NCBI GenBank assembly: GCA_035529155.1 | Contig: DATKXF010000043.1 | Location: 1-43,732, forward strand | Origin: Methanomassiliicoccales archaeon | Lineage (GTDB): Archaea; Thermoplasmatota; Thermoplasmata; Methanomassiliicoccales; JAAEEP01 | DNA length: 43,732 nt | Reading direction: 5' to 3' | Shown here: positions 17,280-26,045 of the stretch, piece by piece | Layout of the letters: every line of letters starts with the position of its first letter | Numbering within the stretch: position 1 is the first letter of the stretch | The notes under the pieces: generated by a model | What the model was told of the DNA's origin: nothing | Seen by the model: only the letters and a program-made list of their open reading frames with translations | Databases searched by the model: none | Position numbers and translations under genes: made by a program

Positions 17280-18308
17280 GTGCACTCTTGGTGTGTGAAG
17301 GTTCCGAGAGAGGAAGGGGAGTCGACTCGTAAAAAGCTTTTAGAGGCAGGTCTCCTAGACATCTCACTGAGGATCAAGGGTGAAGAAGGATATCTCCTAC
17401 TTCCAGTTGGTGATCCCGAAGCTCTTGAGGGCTTTGATCTGATGCTCGCAGATTTTGAGGAGCGCGATGTCATCGAGACCGATTATCGTAGACTGGTCGA
17501 GATACCCAAGGATCTGATGAAGCTTTTACCAGCATCCTATGACGTGGTCGGGGACATCGCCATCGTTCGCCTGGATGACGAGTTGCTGACCTTCAGGCAC
17601 AGCATCGGCGAGGCGATGCGAGAGGCACTGCCAAGATTGAGAACGGTTGCGCTGGACAAGGGGGTGCAGGGTGAGTACAGGGTCAGGGACTTGGAGGTCA
17701 TCAGCGGAGAGCCTTCAACTATCACGCTGCATACCGAGTTCGGTCTCCGGTTCAAGGTGGACGTCTCAAAGGTCTACTTCAACCCGAGGCTGGCAAGCGA
17801 GAGGCGGAGAGTCTCAACACTAGTCAGAAAGGGGGAAGTGGTGGTGGACATGTTCGCCGGCGTGGGTCCCTTCTCCTTGATGATTGCCAAGTACGCTTCT
17901 GCCAAAGAGATATACGGGATCGACATGAACCCAGATGCGGTAGCGCTCATGAAGGAGAACATAGAAATCAACAAGGTAGAAGGCGTGAATCCCTTACTGG
18001 GAGACGCCCGGGAAGTAATTGGAAACCTGCCCCCTGCTGACAGGATCATTATGAACCTTCCCCATTCCGCGCATGAATTCCTAGAGGTCGCCACCATGAA
18101 TATCAATCCCATGGGTACCATCCATTTCTACACGATCTGTGAAAGGGAAGCGATAGACGGTTTCGTAAGAAATCTAGTTTCAGAACTAAGGGAGAAGGGA
18201 ATCGACCTTGACCTGGCGCGATTGGAAGAGTTGAAGACCTACTCCCCCACAATGAGCGTTTACTCCGCCGATCTAGTGCTCACTCATCGACCTTGTTCAC
18301 TGGTTTGA
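17280..18308 (+). CDS. trm5: tRNA (guanine37-N1)-methyltransferase Trm5 (Met-10+ family)
   Basis: 'VVDMFAGVGPFSL' SAM-binding motif and 'IIMNLPHSA' NLP motif. GTG start at 17280, with an alternative GTG at 17295. Confidence 0.85.
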   Translation: MHSWCVKVPREEGESTRKKLLEAGLLDISLRIKGEEGYLLLPVGDPEALEGFDLMLADFEERDVIETDYRRLVEIPKDLMKLLPASYDVVGDIAIVRLDDELLTFRHSIGEAMREALPRLRTVALDKGVQGEYRVRDLEVISGEPSTITLHTEFGLRFKVDVSKVYFNPRLASERRRVSTLVRKGEVVVDMFAGVGPFSLMIAKYASAKEIYGIDMNPDAVALMKENIEINKVEGVNPLLGDAREVIGNLPPADRIIMNLPHSAHEFLEVATMNINPMGTIHFYTICEREAIDGFVRNLVSELREKGIDLDLARLEELKTYSPTMSVYSADLVLTHRPCSLV

Positions 18309-18777
18309 GGGTGATTCCTCGCTGCCCCTGATAATGTCCGCTCCTCTTATCATAGGGAAGAGTCGGTGGAGAGCACAACTTCTCAAAGACGATCTGGACA
18401 AACCTGTCCCCGATGTCGATCTCGATGGGCGAATCCGAGAAGTTGAATCCCGAGAATGTAAGGGTACCCTGGAAACCTGCATCCACCTTGCCCAAACCCG
18501 CTACTATCCCTTTCCTTATCCAAGAGGTCCTGAGCCAGAGCTGGGCACTGACGTCATTTGGTAGTGCCACATACTCGATCGTGGAAACGAAGAATCGAGT
18601 CATGGGTGGAATGGTGGCCTTACCCTCACCAACAATCTCATCCGTTGAGGGAATAGAAATCTCTGATATCCGAAGGTCGTAACCATTAGGGGTAAGCGAT
18701 CGCTCATTGAAATCCTCAATTCTTAGATTTCCGTTTTCCATCCTTGATAGAATCTCGTGGTCTGGTAGGATGCACAT
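18280..18777 (-). CDS. dcd: dCTP deaminase family protein
   Basis: 'ILPDHEI...', 'LTPNGYDLR', 'ALPNDVSAQLWLRTSWIRKG' and 'VDAGFQG.LT' are dCTP deaminase/dUTPase-fold motifs. Confidence 0.85.
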   Translation of the reverse strand: MCILPDHEILSRMENGNLRIEDFNERSLTPNGYDLRISEISIPSTDEIVGEGKATIPPMTRFFVSTIEYVALPNDVSAQLWLRTSWIRKGIVAGLGKVDAGFQGTLTFSGFNFSDSPIEIDIGDRFVQIVFEKLCSPPTLPYDKRSGHYQGQRGITLKPVNKVDE

Positions 18778-18874
18778 CTTAGGTGGAATAGTGGTCCTCC
18801 TAGAACTTACTTTCTGGAATTGCGGTCGACCCTTCAGAATCCTTCGGGATTAGTCGAGCAATACTGAAAAAAGA

Positions 18875-18883
18875 TTTATATAT
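18875..18883. promoter_or_regulatory. TATA box (TTTATATAT) with an A-rich BRE-like flank; possibly bidirectional (dcd / btuF-like)
   Basis: 'gaaaaaagaTTTATATATcg' lies about 140 nt upstream of the btuF-like start and about 100 nt upstream of the dcd start on the other strand. Confidence 0.55.
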
Positions 18884-18901
18884 CGAGTCCATTAGACTAT
18901 C

Positions 18902-18990
18902 AGTTGGATAATTCATCCAACTCTAGATTGGACCCCAATTGGATGTATAATCCAATGTTCTCCAATCCCCAGCTGGATAGATTACCCAAC
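18902..18990. promoter_or_regulatory. Array of three 7-5-7 inverted repeats (consensus GTTGGAT-N5-ATCCAAC) plus two extra half-sites
   Basis: The repeats are AGTTGGAT-aattc-ATCCAACT (18902-18922), ATTGGAT-gtata-ATCCAAT (18938-18956) and GCTGGAT-agatt-ACCCAAC (18972-18990). Extra half-sites are ATTGGA (18927-18932) and TCCAAT (18961-18966). Confidence 0.7.
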
Positions 18991-19022
18991 ACCTAGGAAC
19001 TTGATTCCAGGGAGGAAATCAA

Positions 19023-20099
19023 TTGAAGTCAGCAACGAAGTCAATGATCCTCGTCGTGATACTGGGAATCGTAATTATCTCGATAAGTTACATGGTTCTC
19101 TTTTCACCAAAGGAGAATAGAACAGAATATCCAATTCCAGTCACGGATGCGCTTGGAAGGGAGATTACTTTCGAGGAGGTTCCAGAGAGGATAATATCCG
19201 CGGCTCCAGCAAACACCGAGACGGTCTTTGCCCTGGGGCTGGGTGAAAAGGTTATCGGAGTCACCGATTGGTGCGATTGGCCCTCAGAGATGGTCAGCAT
19301 GAGGGACAATGGAACGATAGAGTCCGTCGGCGACTACTGGGGACCAAATATTGAGAGGATCATCAACCTTGAACCTGATCTTGTTGTACTCAGCGAGGGT
19401 GTCCCCTCTCACGGGCAGGTCGCTGAACAGCTGGGTCATATGGGTATCAAATGTTTCGTTACCTGGAAGGGAGAGAACCTCACTGAGATCTACCAGAACA
19501 TAGAGACCCTAGGTGAGATTTGCGACCGAATAGATGCCGCGTCAGACCTGATAGAGTCCATGAAGGACAGGGTGGATGCTGTAGAAAATGCGATTGCCGG
19601 ACAGAGTCCCATAACTATGTTTCATGCGGTTTGGCTTACTCCAGTCTTTACCTGTGGAGGTGACACCTTCGTTTCAGAGGTCATCACGTTGGCAGGTGGA
19701 GAGAACATCTTTGCAGACCTGAACGGTTGGCCGACAGTTAGTATCGAACAGATCGTAGCCAGCCAGCCGCAGGTTATTACAATAACCGCGACGATGATGT
19801 TTTCCAACCCAGAGGATATCATACAGATGCTTGAGGATGACCCGCTTTGGAGTGAAGTACCAGCAGTTCAGAACGGCATGGTGTACATTCTCCTAGATCA
19901 GGGAGAGAACATCTTCAGCCGACAGAGCGTGAGGATTGTTGATGCCATGGAACTTCTTGCGGAGATACTATATCCAGAAGCTTTTGGGATTACGGTGCCC
20001 AATGTCATTGGCAATGATTACGTGGACTACTTATCCTCACAGACGTCAGGGTCAGTGACGACGGTTCTCGAAATGCAGGACAGCGTCGGATATGTATGA
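19023..20099 (+). CDS. btuF: ABC transporter substrate-binding protein, BtuF/FhuD (cobalamin/siderophore) class, N-terminal TM anchor
   Basis: TTG start 8 nt after GGAGG. N-terminal hydrophobic anchor, 'RIISAAPANTETVFALGLGEKVIGVTDW' and 'NLEPDLVV' are typical of the PBP type 8 family. The symbol is assigned from the cobamide gene context. Confidence 0.75.
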   Translation: MKSATKSMILVVILGIVIISISYMVLFSPKENRTEYPIPVTDALGREITFEEVPERIISAAPANTETVFALGLGEKVIGVTDWCDWPSEMVSMRDNGTIESVGDYWGPNIERIINLEPDLVVLSEGVPSHGQVAEQLGHMGIKCFVTWKGENLTEIYQNIETLGEICDRIDAASDLIESMKDRVDAVENAIAGQSPITMFHAVWLTPVFTCGGDTFVSEVITLAGGENIFADLNGWPTVSIEQIVASQPQVITITATMMFSNPEDIIQMLEDDPLWSEVPAVQNGMVYILLDQGENIFSRQSVRIVDAMELLAEILYPEAFGITVPNVIGNDYVDYLSSQTSGSVTTVLEMQDSVGYV

Positions 20100-20113
20100 A
20101 AACTGGTGTATGA

Positions 20114-21157
20114 ATGGCCAATTCCGTGATCGAGCAGAGACGACTACGATTGATATTGATCTCCATCATCGGAATCGTCGCCCTTTTCATTTTCTTCATT
20201 TCTTACCTCTCAGTCGGTGCGGTGGATTACGGCTTCTTCGAGGTCATGGACGCTCTGTTCAGTGCAATTGCAAAGGGCGGTCAGGATCTGACCCCAATCG
20301 AGGCTATCGTATACCATGCCAGGTTTCCCAGGGCTCTGGGAGTCATTGGGGTAGGGATAGGGCTATCCGTAGCCGGAGTGGTTCTTCAAGCGATCATAAG
20401 GAACCCCCTGGTGGACCCCTATATCACCGGGATATCATCCGGAGCAGGACTTGCCGCGGCAATCGCTATGTCATCGGGCATAACCTTCTTTGGGTCCCTC
20501 ATCTTCACGGTTCCCATCGCGGCTTTCATCGGAGCGATTGCGGCCTTTACCTGCACCATCCTTCTTGCGGAGGCATCGGGCGGTCGACCCATAACCTATG
20601 TTCTATCAGGAGTGGTTGTGGGTCTAGGGTTATCGTCGTTCACAACCATGATATTGGTGTTCTCAGGGGACCAGGTGCAAGGCATTCTTTTTTGGCTCTT
20701 CGGAAGCTTCACTGGAGTGTCGTGGAGCAACGTCTGGATCATTCTCATACCAATACTAGCCCTGACTCTTGGCATTGGATTGTATGCCAGAGAGCTGAAC
20801 CTCATCCTGCTGGGCGACGAGCAGGCTCGGCAGCTGGGCCTCAATGTCAAGAGATTCAAACTCCTGTGCATGGTGCTGACATCGATTCTGACAGCCTTCA
20901 GCGTTGCATTCACCGGTATCATAATGTTCCTGGGGCTCATCGTGCCCCACATCTCGAGGCTGATAGTGGGGAGCGATCACCGGATTCTACTACCCATGTC
21001 AATGCTCATGGGTGCAAACATCTTACTCCTGGCCGACATCATGGCCAGGGTGGCCGCAAGGCCCATGGAACTCCCAGTCGGTGCGATAATATCCCTGATT
21101 GGGGCTCCGTTCTTTGCATACCTCATGATACGGAAGGGGAAGGAATATGTCGGATGA
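20114..21157 (+). CDS. btuC: FecCD/BtuC-family ABC permease
   Basis: Polytopic membrane protein with 'RNPLVDPYITGISSGA', 'LGDEQARQLG' and 'VGAIISLIGAPFF', which are typical FecCD motifs. Confidence 0.85.
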   Translation: MANSVIEQRRLRLILISIIGIVALFIFFISYLSVGAVDYGFFEVMDALFSAIAKGGQDLTPIEAIVYHARFPRALGVIGVGIGLSVAGVVLQAIIRNPLVDPYITGISSGAGLAAAIAMSSGITFFGSLIFTVPIAAFIGAIAAFTCTILLAEASGGRPITYVLSGVVVGLGLSSFTTMILVFSGDQVQGILFWLFGSFTGVSWSNVWIILIPILALTLGIGLYARELNLILLGDEQARQLGLNVKRFKLLCMVLTSILTAFSVAFTGIIMFLGLIVPHISRLIVGSDHRILLPMSMLMGANILLLADIMARVAARPMELPVGAIISLIGAPFFAYLMIRKGKEYVG

Positions 21158-21953
21158 GAATGGCAATTCAGTCATGATCAAGATCGAGGGAGTTAGATTC
21201 TCCTATGGCAGTGTCGAGGCGCTCAGGGGACTGACCATCGAGGGCAAGAGAGGTCAGTTCATAGGGCTTATCGGCCCGAATGGATCGGGTAAAAGCACTC
21301 TGCTTCGCTGTATAAATGGCATCCTGAAACCGAATGCTGGATGCATATTGGTGAATGGTCATGATGTACGTAAGATGAAGATCTCAGAGATGGCCCAGAT
21401 GTGTTCGAACGTGCCTACGGAGTTCCCCGACGACTTCAATCTCACAGTTCAGGACCTCGTCTTCACGGGCCGTTACCCATATGTTCAGGCACTCTGGTGG
21501 GAGAAAAAAGAAGACGAGGACATAGTCATGAAAGCTCTCCACGACTTCCAAGTGCATCACCTCAAGGATCGCAAGATCAGCGAGATCAGCAGTGGTGAGA
21601 GGCAGCGTGCCCTACTGGCCAAGGCCGTTGTGCAGACCCCCAAGGTCATGCTGGTGGATGAGCCATCTGCCCATCTGGATCTCAAGCACAAACTGGAATC
21701 CATGGAGCATCTCCGCTCCCTGCTGGCCAATGGCATCTCGATCATAGCGGCATCTCATGACATCAACCTCCTTGCTAAGTACTGCGATAAGGTGATCATT
21801 CTCAGCAAGGGAGAGATAGTGGCCTTTGGTGATCCAAACGACGTGATCACTAAAGACCTGATCAGAGAAGTATACGGCGTGGAAGCAGATGTCATCAGGA
21901 ACAACGGGAGCATATTCATCATTCCCAAGAACACAGTGAAATCAGAGACCTGA
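21147..21953 (+). CDS. btuD: ABC transporter ATP-binding protein (BtuD/FepC-like)
   Basis: Walker A 'GPNGSGKST', signature 'SSGERQR', Walker B 'VMLVDEPSAHLD'. It overlaps the permease gene by 11 nt. Confidence 0.85.
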   Translation: MSDENGNSVMIKIEGVRFSYGSVEALRGLTIEGKRGQFIGLIGPNGSGKSTLLRCINGILKPNAGCILVNGHDVRKMKISEMAQMCSNVPTEFPDDFNLTVQDLVFTGRYPYVQALWWEKKEDEDIVMKALHDFQVHHLKDRKISEISSGERQRALLAKAVVQTPKVMLVDEPSAHLDLKHKLESMEHLRSLLANGISIIAASHDINLLAKYCDKVIILSKGEIVAFGDPNDVITKDLIREVYGVEADVIRNNGSIFIIPKNTVKSET

Positions 21954-21966
21954 AACAGTTGATATC

Positions 21967-23079
21967 ATGGATCCAAGTTCAATAGTCAGAAAGGAGATAC
22001 TATCACTTCAGAAACCTTTTCATGGGGGCACAGCCTGGAAGCTGGGCGAGATCGAGGACTTCAGCTCGAACCTGAACCCTCTCGGTCCACTACCGTGTCT
22101 GGGCGAATTGATTGCCGAATATGTGCACGAGGTGGATCACTATCCAGATGATCACTCCATGGATTTCAGGGAAGCCCTGTCCGATCATTACAAGGTGCCT
22201 ATCGACTGCGTGATCGCTGGAGCGGGATCCTCAGAGCTCATCAGGCTCTTCCCGGAGGTATTCATCTCTCCGGGGGACGAAGTACTCATTCCCCTGCCCG
22301 GTTTCTCCGAGTACACCTTTGGATGCAGGCTGATGGGTGCCAGCATCAAGAACTTCCATTTGACCGGGAATAACGACTTCAGGGTGAATTATGACGAAAT
22401 ACTCAGCAAGCTGGACGAAGGTCTGAAGGCGGTCTACCTTTGCAACCCCAACAATCCAACCGGCAGGCTGGAATCAAAGAAGAACATCCTTGAGCTCGCG
22501 GAGGAGCTAGAGAAGAGGAATGCGCTTCTCTTCCTCGACGAGTGTCTTCTGGAGCTTGTGGAGGGGAGTCAAAATCATACCTGTGCAGTTGAGGTCGAAT
22601 CTCATAGTAACATGTTCATCATCAACTCGCTGACGAAGTCCTTCGGGTTCCCTGGTCTCAGGGTGGGCTATGGCATCGGCAGCCTGGGGGTAATCGCTCA
22701 GATAGAGAAGGCTCGGCTATCATGGAATATGGGGGGAATCGAGCAGAGGGTCGCAGCCTCCTGCGTCAGGGATCACTATTCCCATGTGACTAAGGCAAGT
22801 AAGATCATCGATGGCGAGAAAAGAAGGATGTCCGAGGCGCTCAAGACAATGGGAATGTCAACAGCCTCAGTACCAGATTCGTTCTTCTTCTTCACCTCAC
22901 TTAGGGATTTTGGCTTCTCTTCGGCCGAGTTCAAAGACCAAATGCTGAAGCAGGGAATCATGGTAAGGGATTGCTCATCCTTCGGCAATGATTGCGAGAA
23001 TTACACCCGCTTCTCGGTCAGGACCAGGGAAAAGAACGACATATTCCTCTCCGCTTTCAAGAGGGTGTTGGAGAGCTGA
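21967..23079 (+). CDS. cobD: L-threonine-O-3-phosphate decarboxylase (class I/II aminotransferase fold)
   Basis: N-terminal 'HGG...DFSSNLNPLGP', 'NPNNPTG' and 'SLTKSFGFPGLRVGY' form a CobD-type pattern. The gene lies immediately upstream of cbiB. Confidence 0.8.
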   Translation: MDPSSIVRKEILSLQKPFHGGTAWKLGEIEDFSSNLNPLGPLPCLGELIAEYVHEVDHYPDDHSMDFREALSDHYKVPIDCVIAGAGSSELIRLFPEVFISPGDEVLIPLPGFSEYTFGCRLMGASIKNFHLTGNNDFRVNYDEILSKLDEGLKAVYLCNPNNPTGRLESKKNILELAEELEKRNALLFLDECLLELVEGSQNHTCAVEVESHSNMFIINSLTKSFGFPGLRVGYGIGSLGVIAQIEKARLSWNMGGIEQRVAASCVRDHYSHVTKASKIIDGEKRRMSEALKTMGMSTASVPDSFFFFTSLRDFGFSSAEFKDQMLKQGIMVRDCSSFGNDCENYTRFSVRTREKNDIFLSAFKRVLES

Positions 23080-23088
23080 GTTCGATGG

Positions 23089-24084
23089 GTGAGAACCATG
23101 TACGATATTGTCATTTACGGGATCATCATCGCTCTTGGCGCTCTTGCCCTCGATCTGGCCTTCGGTGAACCATCGAACAGGTTCCACCCAGTAGCTTGGA
23201 TGGGGTTATTCATAAGGGCCATCGATAACAGAATACCCCGGGGGAGTAAGGGCGAGAGGGCTTACGGTATTCTGCTGGCCTTTGTCACGATCCTTGTTTT
23301 CGTGCTCCTCTTCACGGTAGTTCTCGGGGCGGTGCGATTGTTCCTTAGCGCGACCCTCTGGGCAGTGCTGTGCATGATCGTTCTCAAGATGATGTTTGCC
23401 ATACACTCGCTCTCCGTTCATGTCAAACCGATCCAGAGCGCACTTGAGGCAGGAGATCTGGAAGGTGCGAGGAACGGTGCGAGAATGGTGGTGAGCCGCG
23501 ATGTTAGTGAACTCGATGCTCCGCATCTTATCTCATGTGCCTCCGAGACCGTGGCCGAGAATCTGGTCGACAGCATCATCTCTCCAATGTTCTTCATGGC
23601 TTTCGGGGGCGTACCCGCAGCCGTGGGACTCAGGGCGGTGAACACTCTGGATGCCATGGTGGGCTACGAGAATAAAAGAAACAAGGAGGTTGGATGGTTT
23701 TCTGCGAAATTGGATGATATCCTGCATTTCATTCCTGCTCGCCTTTCCATACCATTCATCCTTCTAGCATTGAAGCTAACGGGAAACGACTGGCATACTG
23801 GATGGAGAGCGGCCCGAAGAGACCATGTGAGGACCAAGAGCCCTAACAAGGGCTGGCCCATGTCTGCCGTTGCGGGAGGGCTTCGATTCCAGATGGAGAA
23901 AAAAGGCAACTACCTGCTAGGGGAAGGGAATCTACCTCAGAACCCCGAGATGATAATGGAAACCTATAGGGTAGTGAGGCTCACGGCACTAATCTTCTTC
24001 TTCGTGTTCGCCCTTCCCCTCTTCGTACTGATCGGAATACATGTTCAGATATTGATTGAGAATGTACTGCTTTCACCATTCTAG
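23089..24084 (+). CDS. cbiB: Adenosylcobinamide-phosphate synthase
   Basis: Membrane protein with 'GEPSNRFHPVAWMG', 'ESIAENlvDsiisPmFf'-like 'ETVAENLVDSIISPMFF', 'NTLDAMVGY' and 'SPNKGWPMSAVAG'. Confidence 0.9.
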   Translation: MRTMYDIVIYGIIIALGALALDLAFGEPSNRFHPVAWMGLFIRAIDNRIPRGSKGERAYGILLAFVTILVFVLLFTVVLGAVRLFLSATLWAVLCMIVLKMMFAIHSLSVHVKPIQSALEAGDLEGARNGARMVVSRDVSELDAPHLISCASETVAENLVDSIISPMFFMAFGGVPAAVGLRAVNTLDAMVGYENKRNKEVGWFSAKLDDILHFIPARLSIPFILLALKLTGNDWHTGWRAARRDHVRTKSPNKGWPMSAVAGGLRFQMEKKGNYLLGEGNLPQNPEMIMETYRVVRLTALIFFFVFALPLFVLIGIHVQILIENVLLSPF

Positions 24085-24096
24085 GAGGAACAGATA

Positions 24097-25212
24097 ATGG
24101 ACGTTAAGGTTGAATTTCATGTCATCGATGGCGGTGATGTCGCCGTCGTGCGCTTTCCATTCAAGATGAGAACATTGAGCTCCGCCATAGTTGGCGGCGG
24201 TCTCTCCACCGCGGAAGCCGCTGTGATCATGCAGGTTCCCACGAACTACACCGACGATGCTCCTGAGAGAAGGCTGGAGGAAGTTTGCGACCAGCTCGGA
24301 CTCGGGAAAGAGGTGGTGGGATTCATGACAGCAGCTCATGTCAAGAAGGTCTTCAGCGTCTCGAAGGAGGAGAAGGACGGTGCTGAGGCGGTTGTGGTGG
24401 CCACCGCTGGCCTTAGCAACGCGGTGGTGGCAGGAGAGATACTTCCCATGTACACCCTGGCGGACAGTTTCAAGGCGGGAACCATCAACATCCTTGCTAT
24501 GGTCAACATTCCCTTGGAGGATTCTGGGATGGCAAACGCCTTCATTCCCATCACCGAGGCCAAAACCTCGGCCATTCAGGAACTCGGTGCCCGGGCTACC
24601 GGAACAACTAGTGACGCGGTGATGGTGGCCTGTCCGGAAGGATCGACTTTCAAGTACGCGGGTACCGCCACTAATGTTGGTATAGCTCTGGCAAGGGCCA
24701 CCAAGAAATGTGTTTTGGAGTGTCTCACAAAGAACGGAGACGGTCCCAGGCCGACCGACTACGTGATGAGGTTGGAGGAGAGGGGAGTGACCTTCGAGGA
24801 CATGTGGGATGCCGCTCAGTCTCTCTACTATCCCAACCCGGATTGGGACACCGCGAAATTGAAGGAGATGTTCGAGTCCAGGATCAATGCGTTGAGGGAT
24901 GACATCAACGTCAACGCCCTGATACTCAGCGCCATCGCACTGGATGAGAGGGGAGAGGCCGGGAGATTGTACGGCCTTCCAAGAGCTCAGTACCTGGAGG
25001 ATCCAGTTCACCTGCTGGCGGATGAGATGATAGCCATGGCACTGGCACAGTACATCTCCGGTACCAAGGGTCTTTTTGAATATACACGATATGATAGGAA
25101 GAAACCAGGGATACTGGCCGAGCTTCCGCCTTTCCTTGACGACGTCGTTGCCGCATTGATCGGCGGGATCATGTCAGACATCTACACAAGGTTGCTGGAG
25201 GGAGGAGAATAG
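24097..25212 (+). CDS. cbiZ: Adenosylcobinamide amidohydrolase CbiZ fused to a C-terminal PgpA/CobZ-like phosphatase domain
   Basis: The N-terminal ~220 aa is CbiZ-like (RTLSSAIVGGGL..., TAA.V..., GTINI., TEAKT.A, TGTTSDAV). The C-terminal ~150 aa ends 'LPPFLDDVVAALIGGIMS', resembling the PgpA 'DDIVAG' motif. Confidence 0.75.
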   Translation: MDVKVEFHVIDGGDVAVVRFPFKMRTLSSAIVGGGLSTAEAAVIMQVPTNYTDDAPERRLEEVCDQLGLGKEVVGFMTAAHVKKVFSVSKEEKDGAEAVVVATAGLSNAVVAGEILPMYTLADSFKAGTINILAMVNIPLEDSGMANAFIPITEAKTSAIQELGARATGTTSDAVMVACPEGSTFKYAGTATNVGIALARATKKCVLECLTKNGDGPRPTDYVMRLEERGVTFEDMWDAAQSLYYPNPDWDTAKLKEMFESRINALRDDINVNALILSAIALDERGEAGRLYGLPRAQYLEDPVHLLADEMIAMALAQYISGTKGLFEYTRYDRKKPGILAELPPFLDDVVAALIGGIMSDIYTRLLEGGE

Positions 25213-25226
25213 GCGTAGGAAATGCA

Positions 25227-26045
25227 GTGAAGGCTCTGTTCTCGCTCTTCACCGTTGTCCCGGTGAACTCCAACATGGCAGATTTCGAGGACCTCTCCAG
25301 AAGATTCTGGCTTCTGCCTATCATCGGGGCATTCTTCGGCATCATCGCCTCTTTGGCCCTATTAGTTTCTTCAGAGGTATTCTCCCTATTCCTGTCAGCC
25401 GTCCTGGTGGTCTTCATTCTGCAGGCCGTCAACAGATTCCTACACTTCGACGGCCTGATGGACCTAGGAGATGGATTGGTTGCCCACGGCAATCAAGAGA
25501 AGAAGCTGGGAGCGATGAAGGACAGCTCGATTGGGGCTGGCGGGGTCGCCTTCGCCCTTTTCTTCACACTACTCTCGATCGCCGCCCTGGCATCGCTTCC
25601 TCCTCATCATCCGGCGCATATTCTGATAATCGCCCCCTTTGCTGCTGAGGTGCTCTCACGAAACGCCATGCTGGTCTGCACCTCGATGGGAAAACCCAGG
25701 CCAGGGCTTGGAAGCACCTTCGTGTCCAACACCTCACGGGGGGCCATCATCCCATCATTCGTGATATCTCTGGTCCTGCTGTCGGTCGGTTGGTACCTGC
25801 TTGTCGCTGGGTCGGAGGGGGCGTTCGCTCTCCTGGATTCGACCATGATATCACTTCCCCCGTACATCTGGACCACGGCGTTGTCCTTGATCCTCACTGC
25901 GGTATCCTTGCTGGTCGGGTGGGTGATGGCAAGGATCGCCCTGCGTAGTTTCGGCTGTGTCAATGGGGATGTTATCGGGGCAACCAACGAGATAACCAGG
26001 CCGGTGATTCTGATGGCGATCACTCTTCTGGTGGTGATCCTATAG
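25227..26045 (+). CDS. cobS: Adenosylcobinamide-GDP ribazoletransferase (cobalamin synthase)
   Basis: GTG start. Polytopic protein with 'FTVVPV', 'HFDGLMDLGDG' and 'GDVIGA', which are CobS motifs. Confidence 0.9.
   Translation: MKALFSLFTVVPVNSNMADFEDLSRRFWLLPIIGAFFGIIASLALLVSSEVFSLFLSAVLVVFILQAVNRFLHFDGLMDLGDGLVAHGNQEKKLGAMKDSSIGAGGVAFALFFTLLSIAALASLPPHHPAHILIIAPFAAEVLSRNAMLVCTSMGKPRPGLGSTFVSNTSRGAIIPSFVISLVLLSVGWYLLVAGSEGAFALLDSTMISLPPYIWTTALSLILTAVSLLVGWVMARIALRSFGCVNGDVIGATNEITRPVILMAITLLVVIL

Noticed and set aside
20092-21177. 361-aa ORF overlapping the btuC-like permease in another frame
   Set aside because: It is R/G/H/S-rich with no hydrophobic pattern. The 20114-21157 frame gives a textbook FecCD permease.
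24073-25011. 312-aa minus-strand ORF antisense to cbiZ
   Set aside because: It has no motifs and biased G/R/H/S composition. The sense frame has clear CbiZ and PgpA-like similarity and fits the operon spacing.
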